A DNA stretch of 45,099 nucleotides from an uncultured Rickettsiales bacterium. GTDB taxonomy: Bacteria > Myxococcota_A > UBA796 > UBA9615. The position numbers and the translations under genes were made by a program. Location: assembly GCA_964596025.1 (NCBI GenBank), contig CAZQTQ010000001.1, forward strand, positions 1 through 45,099, written 5' to 3'. Within the stretch, counting starts at the first letter, position 1; each line of letters opens with the position of its first letter. Below are positions 16,637 to 24,429 of this stretch, piece by piece. Under the pieces are notes generated by a model. The model saw nothing but the letters and a program-made list of their open reading frames with translations, was not told where the DNA came from and did not search any database.

Positions 16637-19021
16637 CTACAGGAACAGGGTCCCCTCCCACTCGCCCTGTACGTTGCCCATGGGATCGTAGGCCGTAGCC
16701 CGAATCGCCCGCTCTCCGGAGCCGGGGACGAGAGCTTGCAGCTCGAAGTAGGGGCCAGGGGCATAGTCGAGACCTGTGACCATGTCGGCTACGACCTCCC
16801 CCTCCACCTCGATCACCACACGCTCGGTGCCAGCCGGGGCAGCCGCCGAGAAGTGAAACAGGGAAGCGCCGACCCGCTCCCAGCTCAGCTCGAGCTCAAG
16901 GCTGGGAACGATGAAGACCCCGCTCTGGGTGTCTACTAGAGTCCCACTGCTGCCGAAGGCCCGCACCTCCAGGTACTTCACACCCGAGGTCTCGAACCTG
17001 TAGTAGAGGAGGAACTCTGCGGGGTAGGCGCTGGTCGCGCCGGTCGCCAGATCCACCAACTGCTCCCCGTTGACCCAGTACTCGACCCAGGCCACCGACA
17101 GCTCCGCTTCCGTCCCGAAGCGCATGATTCGATCACCGATGCCCCAGCCCTCTGCGGCATGGATGGCGCCAGAAGTCGAAGCTCCCGCCGGCACGTCGAT
17201 GTAGGTGAAGCCCTCACCCACGAACTCACCTTCGGAATCGTAGGACCGAGCCACCAGGAGACGACCGTGGCCGGGAGAGTTGAAGCTGTAATCCAAGGAG
17301 TACGGCGCGCCGAAGGCTTTGTACTCCCCGGTATAGGAGTCGCTCAAGCCCCAGCCGTCCACCCAGTAGCGCAGGTAGGCGACATCTCCTGTCGTGCCTG
17401 CGGTGAAGCGCCAGGTGTTGCCTTCGAGGAGGAGACCCTGAGGTTGCACCGTCCCTTCGAGGTTGTGGACCTCGAAGCTGACGCTGTCCGTAGCCAAGAG
17501 CGTTCCGGCGACGCTGAGGTTCTTGGCGGTGACGGTATGCGTGCCAGGGGTGGAGAAGACGTAACCCATGTGGACCGGATTGGCCACGAGGTCGTAGGCA
17601 ATGCGAAGGGGTCCCGACCACAACTCGACGTGGTGTCCGCCAGTGCGGGCGATCCGCATCACCACCGGGTTGCCGACCTCTTCCCCACTGCGGGGGGTAT
17701 GGAAGGACACCGAGGCAACCGAGGGAAGACCCCAGGTCTCGCCAGACGCATCGGAGCCACCAGAGGAGGAGTCGTCACTGTCGGAGGAACCCGAACCACC
17801 ACCCCCTCCGGAGGTTGAATCGCCCGAACCCGAACCCGAATCCGAATCCGAACCCGAACCCGAACCGCCGCTACCACCCGAGGCAAGACCATCACCCGAG
17901 ACCAGGTCCTGAACCATGCCGAGGTACTGATCCCAGGGGAAGTGGGGGCCGGGGTCATAGCGGTAGGAACACGAGGCGGGCTGGATCTCGCCGTGCCCCA
18001 CGATGTGATCGCGATCGATCGGGATGCCATAGCTCTGTACCAGCCACGCCGTCAGCCGAGCCGAGGACTCCAGGAGCGACGGGGTCCAGGTCGAGGGGTT
18101 GCTTGCCGCACCTTCATGCTCGATGCCAACGGTGTCGTTGTTGTTGGAGCAAGCGTGCCACGCCTTCTTGCCCTCCTTGACCATCTGCGTTACTTCGCCA
18201 TCCGACTTGCGGAGGACGTAGTGCGCCGAGACCGAGGCACTCGGATTCTGGAACCAGGAGATGGCGCCGGCATAGCTTCCCTCGGTGGTGTGGAGGACAA
18301 CCCGACGGATGGTCCCGGATCGACTGCTGAAGTTGCTGCTGTGGGCGCCGACGAAACGAGCTGTACCGGGATAGTCACTCGAACCGCTGAATGAGCCGCT
18401 GTCGCTGCTGGGCGGGTAGATAAAGGGGACGTCGAGGAGGCCAGGCAGCTCGCGGGCTCCCACCTCGACCCAGTCTCCAGAGACCGTGGTGACGCGAAGA
18501 CCGCGCTGGAGTGTAGCGAAGACGTCCTTGGCAAAGTCATGTGCGAGCCATTCCGGCTCCATTTGTGCCCAAGCGACGACGACAGGCCACCAAGCGGCGT
18601 CGGCGTGCTGGCCATCGGCAAAGGGCGAGTGCGCGACTCGCAGGGCATCCAACAGGGCTGCGGCCGCGAAGATGTTCGCCTCGCGGTCGCTGCGGATCGC
18701 CTCTTCGTCCAGCCCGCAGAGAGCGGCCGCTTCAATGACTCGTTCCGGCGAGAGACCCATCCATCCGTGGGCGGGACGGTGCTCGTCGTGGTCGTGATCG
18801 CCCGGGGACAGGGAGGTCTCGTGCCAGCTCAGCGCAACGAGAAGGTCCCTTGGTACGCCGTAGTGAGCCCCAGCCGCAGCGAAGACATCCGTTGCCGGCG
18901 CGTCCCGCAGGGTGGGCTCGAAGAGCGCTCCATCAGGCCCAGAGGAAGGCGAAACGGGAAGACTGTGGCAAGCCGAGAGGCTCAGGAGGGCACAGAAGAA
19001 GGCCGTAAAAGATGTTCGCAT
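16637..19021 (-). CDS. Lipoprotein peptidoglycan hydrolase: SLT-like N-region, N-acetylmuramoyl-L-alanine amidase (Amidase_2/PGRP) domain, Gly/Ser/Asp linker and four Ig-like beta-sandwich repeats
   Basis: Lipobox is MRTSFTAFFCALLSLSA|C. The SLT-like region reads LVALSWHETSL...HGWMGLS. The amidase_2 core is VVLHTTEGSYAGAISWFQNP...SAHYVL...AWHA...VGIEHEG...IVGHGEI. The linker is GGSGGSGSGSDSDSGSGSGD.... Four ~85-aa modules each contain (Y/L)xYWV(D/N)G-like or related strands. Confidence 0.85.
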   Translation of the reverse strand: MRTSFTAFFCALLSLSACHSLPVSPSSGPDGALFEPTLRDAPATDVFAAAGAHYGVPRDLLVALSWHETSLSPGDHDHDEHRPAHGWMGLSPERVIEAAALCGLDEEAIRSDREANIFAAAALLDALRVAHSPFADGQHADAAWWPVVVAWAQMEPEWLAHDFAKDVFATLQRGLRVTTVSGDWVEVGARELPGLLDVPFIYPPSSDSGSFSGSSDYPGTARFVGAHSSNFSSRSGTIRRVVLHTTEGSYAGAISWFQNPSASVSAHYVLRKSDGEVTQMVKEGKKAWHACSNNNDTVGIEHEGAASNPSTWTPSLLESSARLTAWLVQSYGIPIDRDHIVGHGEIQPASCSYRYDPGPHFPWDQYLGMVQDLVSGDGLASGGSGGSGSGSDSDSGSGSGDSTSGGGGGSGSSDSDDSSSGGSDASGETWGLPSVASVSFHTPRSGEEVGNPVVMRIARTGGHHVELWSGPLRIAYDLVANPVHMGYVFSTPGTHTVTAKNLSVAGTLLATDSVSFEVHNLEGTVQPQGLLLEGNTWRFTAGTTGDVAYLRYWVDGWGLSDSYTGEYKAFGAPYSLDYSFNSPGHGRLLVARSYDSEGEFVGEGFTYIDVPAGASTSGAIHAAEGWGIGDRIMRFGTEAELSVAWVEYWVNGEQLVDLATGATSAYPAEFLLYYRFETSGVKYLEVRAFGSSGTLVDTQSGVFIVPSLELELSWERVGASLFHFSAAAPAGTERVVIEVEGEVVADMVTGLDYAPGPYFELQALVPGSGERAIRATAYDPMGNVQGEWEGTLFL
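17824..17866 (-). repeat. Hexanucleotide (ccgaaY) microsatellite-like run encoding the GS/DS linker of the amidase
   Basis: ccgaacccgaacccgaatccgaatccgaacccgaacccgaacc encodes GSGSGSDSDSGSGS on the minus strand. Confidence 0.8.
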
Positions 19022-19034
19022 GCCCTGTTTACAG

Positions 19035-19050
19035 AGCAGGGATCGTGCCA
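19035..19050 (-). promoter_or_regulatory. Candidate sigma54 (-24/-12) promoter of the peptidoglycan-hydrolase lipoprotein gene
   Basis: The minus strand reads TGGCACGATCCCTGCT against the consensus TGGCACG-N4-TTGCW. The GG and GC have exactly the canonical spacing, with one mismatch in the -12 TT. It is intergenic, with 13 nt between the motif and ATG 19021. Confidence 0.6.
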
Positions 19051-19135
19051 GCCTGAGGAGGAACGAAAAAGCTGTCTATTATCAGGAGCTTCCAGTCGAA
19101 AGCCCTGCTAAGCGCTGACACCAACCCCACGGGGG

Positions 19136-19154
19136 TGGTCACTCGATCGACCAG
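19136..19154. promoter_or_regulatory. Imperfect second copy of the dyad (TGGTCACTCGATCGACCAG)
   Basis: It shares TGGTCACTCGA and GACCAG with the perfect palindrome. The copies are offset by 42 bp (about four helical turns). It is centred ~120 bp upstream of the predicted sigma54 start. Confidence 0.4.
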
Positions 19155-19177
19155 TTTCCGGCGGGATTCTCGGGTTT

Positions 19178-19197
19178 CTGGTCACTCGAGTGACCAG
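19178..19197. promoter_or_regulatory. Perfect 20-bp palindrome CTGGTCACTCGAGTGACCAG; candidate enhancer (UAS) for a bEBP, and/or hairpin after the HDOD operon
   Basis: It is its own exact reverse complement. It is centred ~165 bp upstream of the predicted sigma54 start site and lies 10 nt downstream of the HDOD gene stop (19208). Confidence 0.5.
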
Positions 19198-19207
19198 CCA
19201 GACCTAG

Positions 19208-20539
19208 CTAGACCGAAGAGCCGACCGTATCCCACCAGGTCTGGGCCTCAGTAGCCGACCGCGTGAAGAGGGCCTCCTCGAGACCCAGGGCTGCGGCAGC
19301 CAGAGACATGTGAGGGCCCAGGTCATGCCCGCTCTTGTAGGCACACCCGTTGGCGACAACCGCAGCGTGCGCTGCACCGACGAGCCAGGAATGGCGGGCA
19401 ACCGGCGTCCCCTGCGGCAGGGTACTGGGTTCGTGGTGGGCAAAGGCGATGCTGCAAACCCCGGGCGCAAAGCCCCAGGACTTGAGAAGCATGGCCCCCA
19501 GTGGCCCATGGTGCCGATCCATGTCCCGCTTGAGTACCCCGTCGGCCAGACCACCGCTGGGCGGTGACCCCGAGTACTTACGCGCCAAGTCCACAACGAG
19601 AACCTCGCCTAGGTTGTGCAGCAGGGCCATGCTGTACAGCGCGCCGGGATTGGCGTCGCCCAAGCGCTCACCGAGAAGCCGCGCCGCGTAGGCCGCCTGA
19701 ACCGTCGCCTTCCACATGTTGCCGAGAAGACGGCTCCAGCCGCGGTCTATGCTGCTGTAGGCCCCTCTCATCGCTGCCATCTGGGCTACCTCGCCCAACC
19801 GCCGAACTCCCAGTCGAACCCCGGCGTGGTTGAGGTCCAGGATGCGAGGCATGCCGCGATAGGCGGCCGAATTTGACGCCCGCAGGACGGCAGCTGCGAG
19901 GTTGGGGTCTTGGGAGACCTTGGTCACGATCTGAGGAATGCTGGGCTTGTCCTGCACGCAGAGGGACTGGAGCTGGATGCCCACGGGCGAGATGTTCGAC
20001 ACCTCAGCCTCGCCTTTGCGCATCTTCTCGGCGAGCTCACGGATCTGCTCACGGATGGGACTGGCCGAGCGGGCGGGAGAGGCCTCATTTTCACCCTCTT
20101 CCGACCCCACATCCTCAGCGCCTTCAGCACCGTCCGTTCCCTCCGATGGATCGCTCGGAAGCACTGCTGGCGGCCCTAAGAGCAACTCCTGGACCGTCAC
20201 CTCCAACTCGGTCGGGGACAACGGCTCCAAGAGAACGATCTGCACTCCCTCCTCTAAGAGCTGCGGCCCACGGCCCACGGCCCGCTCGTTGCCGAAGACA
20301 ATGATCCGACAAGGAGAGTCCTTCTCGATGCAGTGGCTCAAGAACTCAACGCCCCCCTCCTGCCAGGCCTGAATGTTGAAGAGACAGACCTCCGGAAGCG
20401 GGCGGCCTCGCTTGGCGAGCCGAGCCGTAACGCTCGGCTCAGCTGAGCCGAGGTGTCCCAGTCGGTCCACGGTCCGCAGGAGCGAGGCCTGGCGGGTGGA
20501 GTTGGGGTCAATCACCAAGATTCGAGCTGGGGGATGCAT
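19208..20539 (-). CDS. HDOD-domain signalling protein with an N-terminal pseudo-receiver domain
   Basis: The REC-like N-terminus (RILVIDPNSTRQ...) has Asn where the phospho-acceptor Asp is expected (EVCLFNIQAW). The HDOD region reads PSIPQIVTKVSQDPNLAAAVLRASNSAAYRG...LGVRRLGEVA...LLHNLGEVLV. Its start overlaps the upstream stop by 1 nt (TGATG). Confidence 0.8.
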   Translation of the reverse strand: MHPPARILVIDPNSTRQASLLRTVDRLGHLGSAEPSVTARLAKRGRPLPEVCLFNIQAWQEGGVEFLSHCIEKDSPCRIIVFGNERAVGRGPQLLEEGVQIVLLEPLSPTELEVTVQELLLGPPAVLPSDPSEGTDGAEGAEDVGSEEGENEASPARSASPIREQIRELAEKMRKGEAEVSNISPVGIQLQSLCVQDKPSIPQIVTKVSQDPNLAAAVLRASNSAAYRGMPRILDLNHAGVRLGVRRLGEVAQMAAMRGAYSSIDRGWSRLLGNMWKATVQAAYAARLLGERLGDANPGALYSMALLHNLGEVLVVDLARKYSGSPPSGGLADGVLKRDMDRHHGPLGAMLLKSWGFAPGVCSIAFAHHEPSTLPQGTPVARHSWLVGAAHAAVVANGCAYKSGHDLGPHMSLAAAALGLEEALFTRSATEAQTWWDTVGSSV

Positions 20540-20958
20540 CAGATTCCCCCTGCTCGGTAGCGTCCGAGGAGGCGACGAACTGCAGCAAGCAGCTCTTCGG
20601 GACGAAGGGTCTTGCGGAGGACGTCGTCGGCCCCCAGGCGCAGCAAGGCAAGGATGTCTTCGGCCCCAGCGCCCTGAGAGAGAAAGAGGGCGGGCTGCTT
20701 GAAACCGCGGGCTCGCAGATCCCGCAACACCACAAAGCCGCTCGGGCCACTGCGGTACTCCAGATCCAACACAGCCAGCTCAAAGGAACCCTTTTGAAGC
20801 TGCTCTTCCGCCCTCGACGAGTCCGAGAGGGCCTCGACGACGTAGCCCGCGGACTTCAGGATGGTCGCGACCAGACGGCGGACGTCGCTCTCCCCGAGAA
20901 TCAGGAGGATGCGGGCCACGACAAAGCTGGGGCCGGTCTCGATCAGCTCGTCATCCAT
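20539..20958 (-). CDS. Single-domain response regulator (CheY-like receiver)
   Basis: Receiver motifs are RILLILGESD, ELAVLDLEY (acceptor Asp) and GADDVLRKTLRPEEL. ATG 20958 is preceded by GGAGGAG, whereas the track start at 20976 is TTG. Confidence 0.85.
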   Translation of the reverse strand: MDDELIETGPSFVVARILLILGESDVRRLVATILKSAGYVVEALSDSSRAEEQLQKGSFELAVLDLEYRSGPSGFVVLRDLRARGFKQPALFLSQGAGAEDILALLRLGADDVLRKTLRPEELLAAVRRLLGRYRAGGI

Positions 20959-21019
20959 GTGGCCCCACTCCTCCAAGATCCGTCTGGGGCGGGCATCGTA
21001 GCAGTCCCAAGGTACAGAA

Positions 21020-22450
21020 TCAGGCCAGTCCGAGCCTCCGCGCCGGGCTCAGGCCCGACCCCACCAGGGCTTCGATCGCTTCGCGGGCGCGCGGCAGAGC
21101 CGAGGACAGGACCTGCGGCCCATCGGGCCCGACCAGGACGTCGTCCTCGATTCGAACGCCTCCGAAGCCGATCCACTCCTCCGCGCGTGCCCAACGTACC
21201 GAATCCCCGTGACGATCCCGCTGGACTGGATCCCGGAGGACCGCCGGCACCACGTAGATTCCGGGCTCGATGGTCACCACCATCCCCGCCTCGAGGTCGC
21301 GGTCGAGGCGGAGGAAGCTGAGGCCAAATTGGCTGGCTCGCGAGCGACCCGCCGGGTAGCCAACGCGGTCGCCGAAGAGCTCCATGTCATGCACGTCAAG
21401 ACCCAAGAGGTGGCCGACGCCGTGGGGGAAGAAGACGGCATGGGCCCCCTGTTCCACCAGACCATCGACGTCCCCTTTCAAGAGTCCAAAGTCGCAGAGG
21501 CCTTGGGCAAGGATGCGCGCGGCGACCAGGTGCACTTCGCGGTAGCGAACCCCCACCTGGGTGGCGGCAATCGCCGCCTCCTGGGCCTCCAGCACACAGT
21601 CGTAGACCTCAGCTTGCCGCGGCGCGAACCGACCGGAGACCGGCCAGGTGCGGGTGATGTCGGCCGCGTAACCGCTGGGATCTTCGGCCCCCGCATCGAC
21701 CAACAGGAGATCCCCATCCCTCAGCACCTCTCCTTGGGCGTGGCCGTGGAGCACCTCGCCACGGGCGGTCACGATCGACTCGTAGGCCTTGGTCATCCCA
21801 CACGCGGCGAAGACCGCCTCAAGCAGGGCGTGAAGCTCCGAGTCGCGCACGCCCGGGTGCGTCGCTTGCATCGCCACACGGTGTGCTTGGACCGATGCGG
21901 CGATCGATCGACGGATGGCGGCGATCTCTTCGGCGTCGCGGCAGAGGCGCAGGGCAATGACGGCGTCCAGCAGGGCCTCATCGCATCCCGCGGTCCGCCC
22001 CGGCGACTTAGCGGCAGCCCCCTCCCCAGCGGCGGCACCGCAGAGCGAAACGCGCAGCCCTTCGGCCACCGGATCGACAACCGGCAGACTGGAATAGGGG
22101 CCGGGCCTCAGCTCGTCGCGGGGGCGAACGTGTTCGGCGCCGCAGCGCTGAGCCCAGCTCCCCCACGACGGCGACGGCCCATGCCACAGGACCTCGTCAG
22201 GACCGGCGGGAGGGAGGTAGAGGGTGGTCTCCCCGCCCGATTCCACAACTGCCACCGCATCGGGAATCGACAGCCCCAGGAAGTAGAGAAAGGTCGAATC
22301 CTGCCGAAAGGGATGAGCATTCGCCGCAAAATTGCGGGGAAGAACGGTGTGCCCCATCAGCAGGATAGGCACAGCACCGACAGCATCACTCAGGGCTATT
22401 CGTCGGCGGCGAAAGGTCTCCGGGCCTGAAGCGGTGGTCTCGGCGGACAC
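21020..22450 (-). CDS. pepP: Xaa-Pro aminopeptidase (M24B, PepP-like)
   Basis: AMP_N-like N-terminus plus the M24 metal-ligand blocks LLVDAGAE, HGVGHLLGLDVHD, VVTIEPGIY and VRIEDDVLV. Confidence 0.85.
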   Translation of the reverse strand: MSAETTASGPETFRRRRIALSDAVGAVPILLMGHTVLPRNFAANAHPFRQDSTFLYFLGLSIPDAVAVVESGGETTLYLPPAGPDEVLWHGPSPSWGSWAQRCGAEHVRPRDELRPGPYSSLPVVDPVAEGLRVSLCGAAAGEGAAAKSPGRTAGCDEALLDAVIALRLCRDAEEIAAIRRSIAASVQAHRVAMQATHPGVRDSELHALLEAVFAACGMTKAYESIVTARGEVLHGHAQGEVLRDGDLLLVDAGAEDPSGYAADITRTWPVSGRFAPRQAEVYDCVLEAQEAAIAATQVGVRYREVHLVAARILAQGLCDFGLLKGDVDGLVEQGAHAVFFPHGVGHLLGLDVHDMELFGDRVGYPAGRSRASQFGLSFLRLDRDLEAGMVVTIEPGIYVVPAVLRDPVQRDRHGDSVRWARAEEWIGFGGVRIEDDVLVGPDGPQVLSSALPRAREAIEALVGSGLSPARRLGLA

Positions 22451-22459
22451 CGGGCCATC

Positions 22460-22882
22460 CTACGGCAGACCGTGGACGTGAACCACGGCTTGTCGGGGAC
22501 CCGGCCGGCGCCGATGTTCCCACAGGTAGATGCCCTGCCAAGTGCCCAGCATTAGCCGTCCCACTCCCACGGGGATGGACAGGCTGCTCGCGGTCAAAGC
22601 CGTCTTGATGTGTGCCGGCATGTCGTCATCCCCTTCGGCGGTGTGGCGGTAGAGCGAATCGCCCTCGGGAACCAAGCGCCGGAGGAAGGCTTCGAGATCC
22701 TGCTGAACCGTGGGGTCGGCGTTCTCCTGAATGATCAGAGATGCGGAGGTGTGCCGAAGGAACACGGTAGCCAGTCCCGTACCCACGCCGGAAGCCGTCA
22801 CCACGGCCGCCACCTCCGAGGTGAAGTCGAACAGTCCAGCTCCTCGCGGGCGCAGGCTCAGAGTCTCTTGGTGCTGCGTCAT
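22460..22882 (-). CDS. yjbQ: YjbQ/UPF0047 family protein (secondary thiamine-phosphate synthase-like)
   Basis: The 140-aa product from ATG 22882 reads MTQHQETLSLRPRGAGLFDFTSEV...LRHTSASLIIQENADPTVQQDL...DDMPAHIKTALT...LGTWQGIYLWEHR. ATG 22882 forms an ATGA overlap with the malQ stop. The upstream part of the track ORF is non-coding-like. Confidence 0.85.
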   Translation of the reverse strand: MTQHQETLSLRPRGAGLFDFTSEVAAVVTASGVGTGLATVFLRHTSASLIIQENADPTVQQDLEAFLRRLVPEGDSLYRHTAEGDDDMPAHIKTALTASSLSIPVGVGRLMLGTWQGIYLWEHRRRPGPRQAVVHVHGLP

Positions 22883-24429
22883 CGTGGCCTTTCTCTCGCA
22901 AGGCGTCCGCTCTCTTCGCAGACGGCAAGGAGCCGAGCGCAAGCGGGCTCCAACTCGGACGGCAGCAGGCGCCAGTCCCAGTTTCCCTCCACCGTACCCG
23001 GCGTATTGATCCGGTGTTCGCTGCCCATCTCCAGAACATCCTGGAGGGGAAGAATGCAGAGCTCCGCTGCGGATGCCGCCACCCCGCGAACGATGGCATC
23101 GACCCACGACTCCCCGGAGCGACGGGGCAACGACTGGACCCGCCTAAGTTGCTCCGCTGTGGCGCCGTCGAGCCACCCCCGAGTCGTGTCGTTGTCGTGG
23201 GTGCCCGAGGTCACCAGCATCGCCGCTTCCACCCCAGCGGGGTGGTGGGGGTTGGCCGCCGAGCCGTCGAAGCCGAACTGCGCGACGCGAATACCGGGAA
23301 GCTGCAGCTCCTGGCGCAGGGCTTCCACGTCCTCGGTGATGAAGCCGAGGTCTTCGGCCACCAGTGGCAGCTGACCCGTGGGCCCCCTGGGAAGATCAAG
23401 TGCTCCCCCGCTCAGGACGGCGTCAAAGAAGGGCCGGCCTGGGCCTCGATGCCACTGACCCACCGTGCCATCGGGAGCTTCCGGTGGAATGGCCCAATAG
23501 TCCACCAGTCCACGAAAGTGATCGATTCGGACCCGATCGACGCGTTGAAACAAGACCGCTAAACGGTCGATCCACCATCCGTAGCCCTCGTCGGCACAGG
23601 CGTCCCAGCGGTAAAGCGGATTGCCCCACTTCTGGCCTTCGGGCTGGAAGGCATCGCCCGGCACACCCGCGACGGCGGTAGGCCTCCCCTCACCGTCCAG
23701 TTGGAAGAGTTCAGGACGCTGAACAACGTCCGCGCTGTCCAGCGCGACAAAGAGGGGCAGATCGCCGAGAAGTTCCATCCCGGCTTGGCGAAGTGCGCCT
23801 CGGAACGAAGTCCACTGGCGGTGGACGAGAAACTGAAGGGCCTCGTGCTTGGCTTCAAGCCCGGCGACGTCTTGGTCGTCCAAGTTCCAGCGCCACCAAG
23901 GCAGGCCCCGGTGGGCCTCCCTTCGAGCCGCAAACCAGGACCATGGCGCCAACCAGGCCTCAGCCCCTCGTTGGAAGGATGTGAACTCGTCCCGCAAAGC
24001 GGTATCGCCAGGCAGGGCGGCCAAGAGCCCGCGGGCAGCTTCCTCCACCACAGCGCCTCGCAGTTGGCGCTGCACCGGCCAGAGGATGCGCCGCGGATCG
24101 CCCGCCCTTGCAGCGCTCCTCAAGGCATCTAGGGCCCCGAAGTCCTGCGCAAGCCAGCCCTCTTGGACCAAGAGGGTCGGTGAGAGCAAGAGGGGATCCA
24201 GGGCAAAGGCCGAAGGACTCGCGTAGGGCGAACCGTGGGCGTCTGGTGGGTGGAGAGGGAGGATCTGCCAGGTGCGCTGCCCCGCATCATGGAGGGCACT
24301 GAGTGCGACGTGGGCCTCAGGACCCAAGTCCCCCAGCCCCCAGGGCCCGGGCAAGCTGGCAATGGGGAGAAGAACCCCGCTGCGGCGGCCCCACTGCGGC
24401 TGAGGCCCGTCGGACAGGGTGGCGGTCAT
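22879..24429 (-). CDS. malQ: 4-alpha-glucanotransferase (amylomaltase, GH77)
   Basis: GH77 motifs are GVLLPIASLPGPWGLGDLG, WQILPL, SPYASPSAFALDPLL, PLVAEDLGFIT and TSGTHDNDT. Confidence 0.9.
   Translation of the reverse strand: MTATLSDGPQPQWGRRSGVLLPIASLPGPWGLGDLGPEAHVALSALHDAGQRTWQILPLHPPDAHGSPYASPSAFALDPLLLSPTLLVQEGWLAQDFGALDALRSAARAGDPRRILWPVQRQLRGAVVEEAARGLLAALPGDTALRDEFTSFQRGAEAWLAPWSWFAARREAHRGLPWWRWNLDDQDVAGLEAKHEALQFLVHRQWTSFRGALRQAGMELLGDLPLFVALDSADVVQRPELFQLDGEGRPTAVAGVPGDAFQPEGQKWGNPLYRWDACADEGYGWWIDRLAVLFQRVDRVRIDHFRGLVDYWAIPPEAPDGTVGQWHRGPGRPFFDAVLSGGALDLPRGPTGQLPLVAEDLGFITEDVEALRQELQLPGIRVAQFGFDGSAANPHHPAGVEAAMLVTSGTHDNDTTRGWLDGATAEQLRRVQSLPRRSGESWVDAIVRGVAASAAELCILPLQDVLEMGSEHRINTPGTVEGNWDWRLLPSELEPACARLLAVCEESGRLARERPR

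Noticed and set aside
19178-19197. The 20-bp palindrome as a simple Rho-independent terminator of the HDOD operon.
   Set aside because: It has no T/U tract on either strand and essentially no loop. A second, related dyad lies 42 bp away, and a sigma54 promoter sits downstream, which fits an enhancer better. A dual role cannot be excluded.
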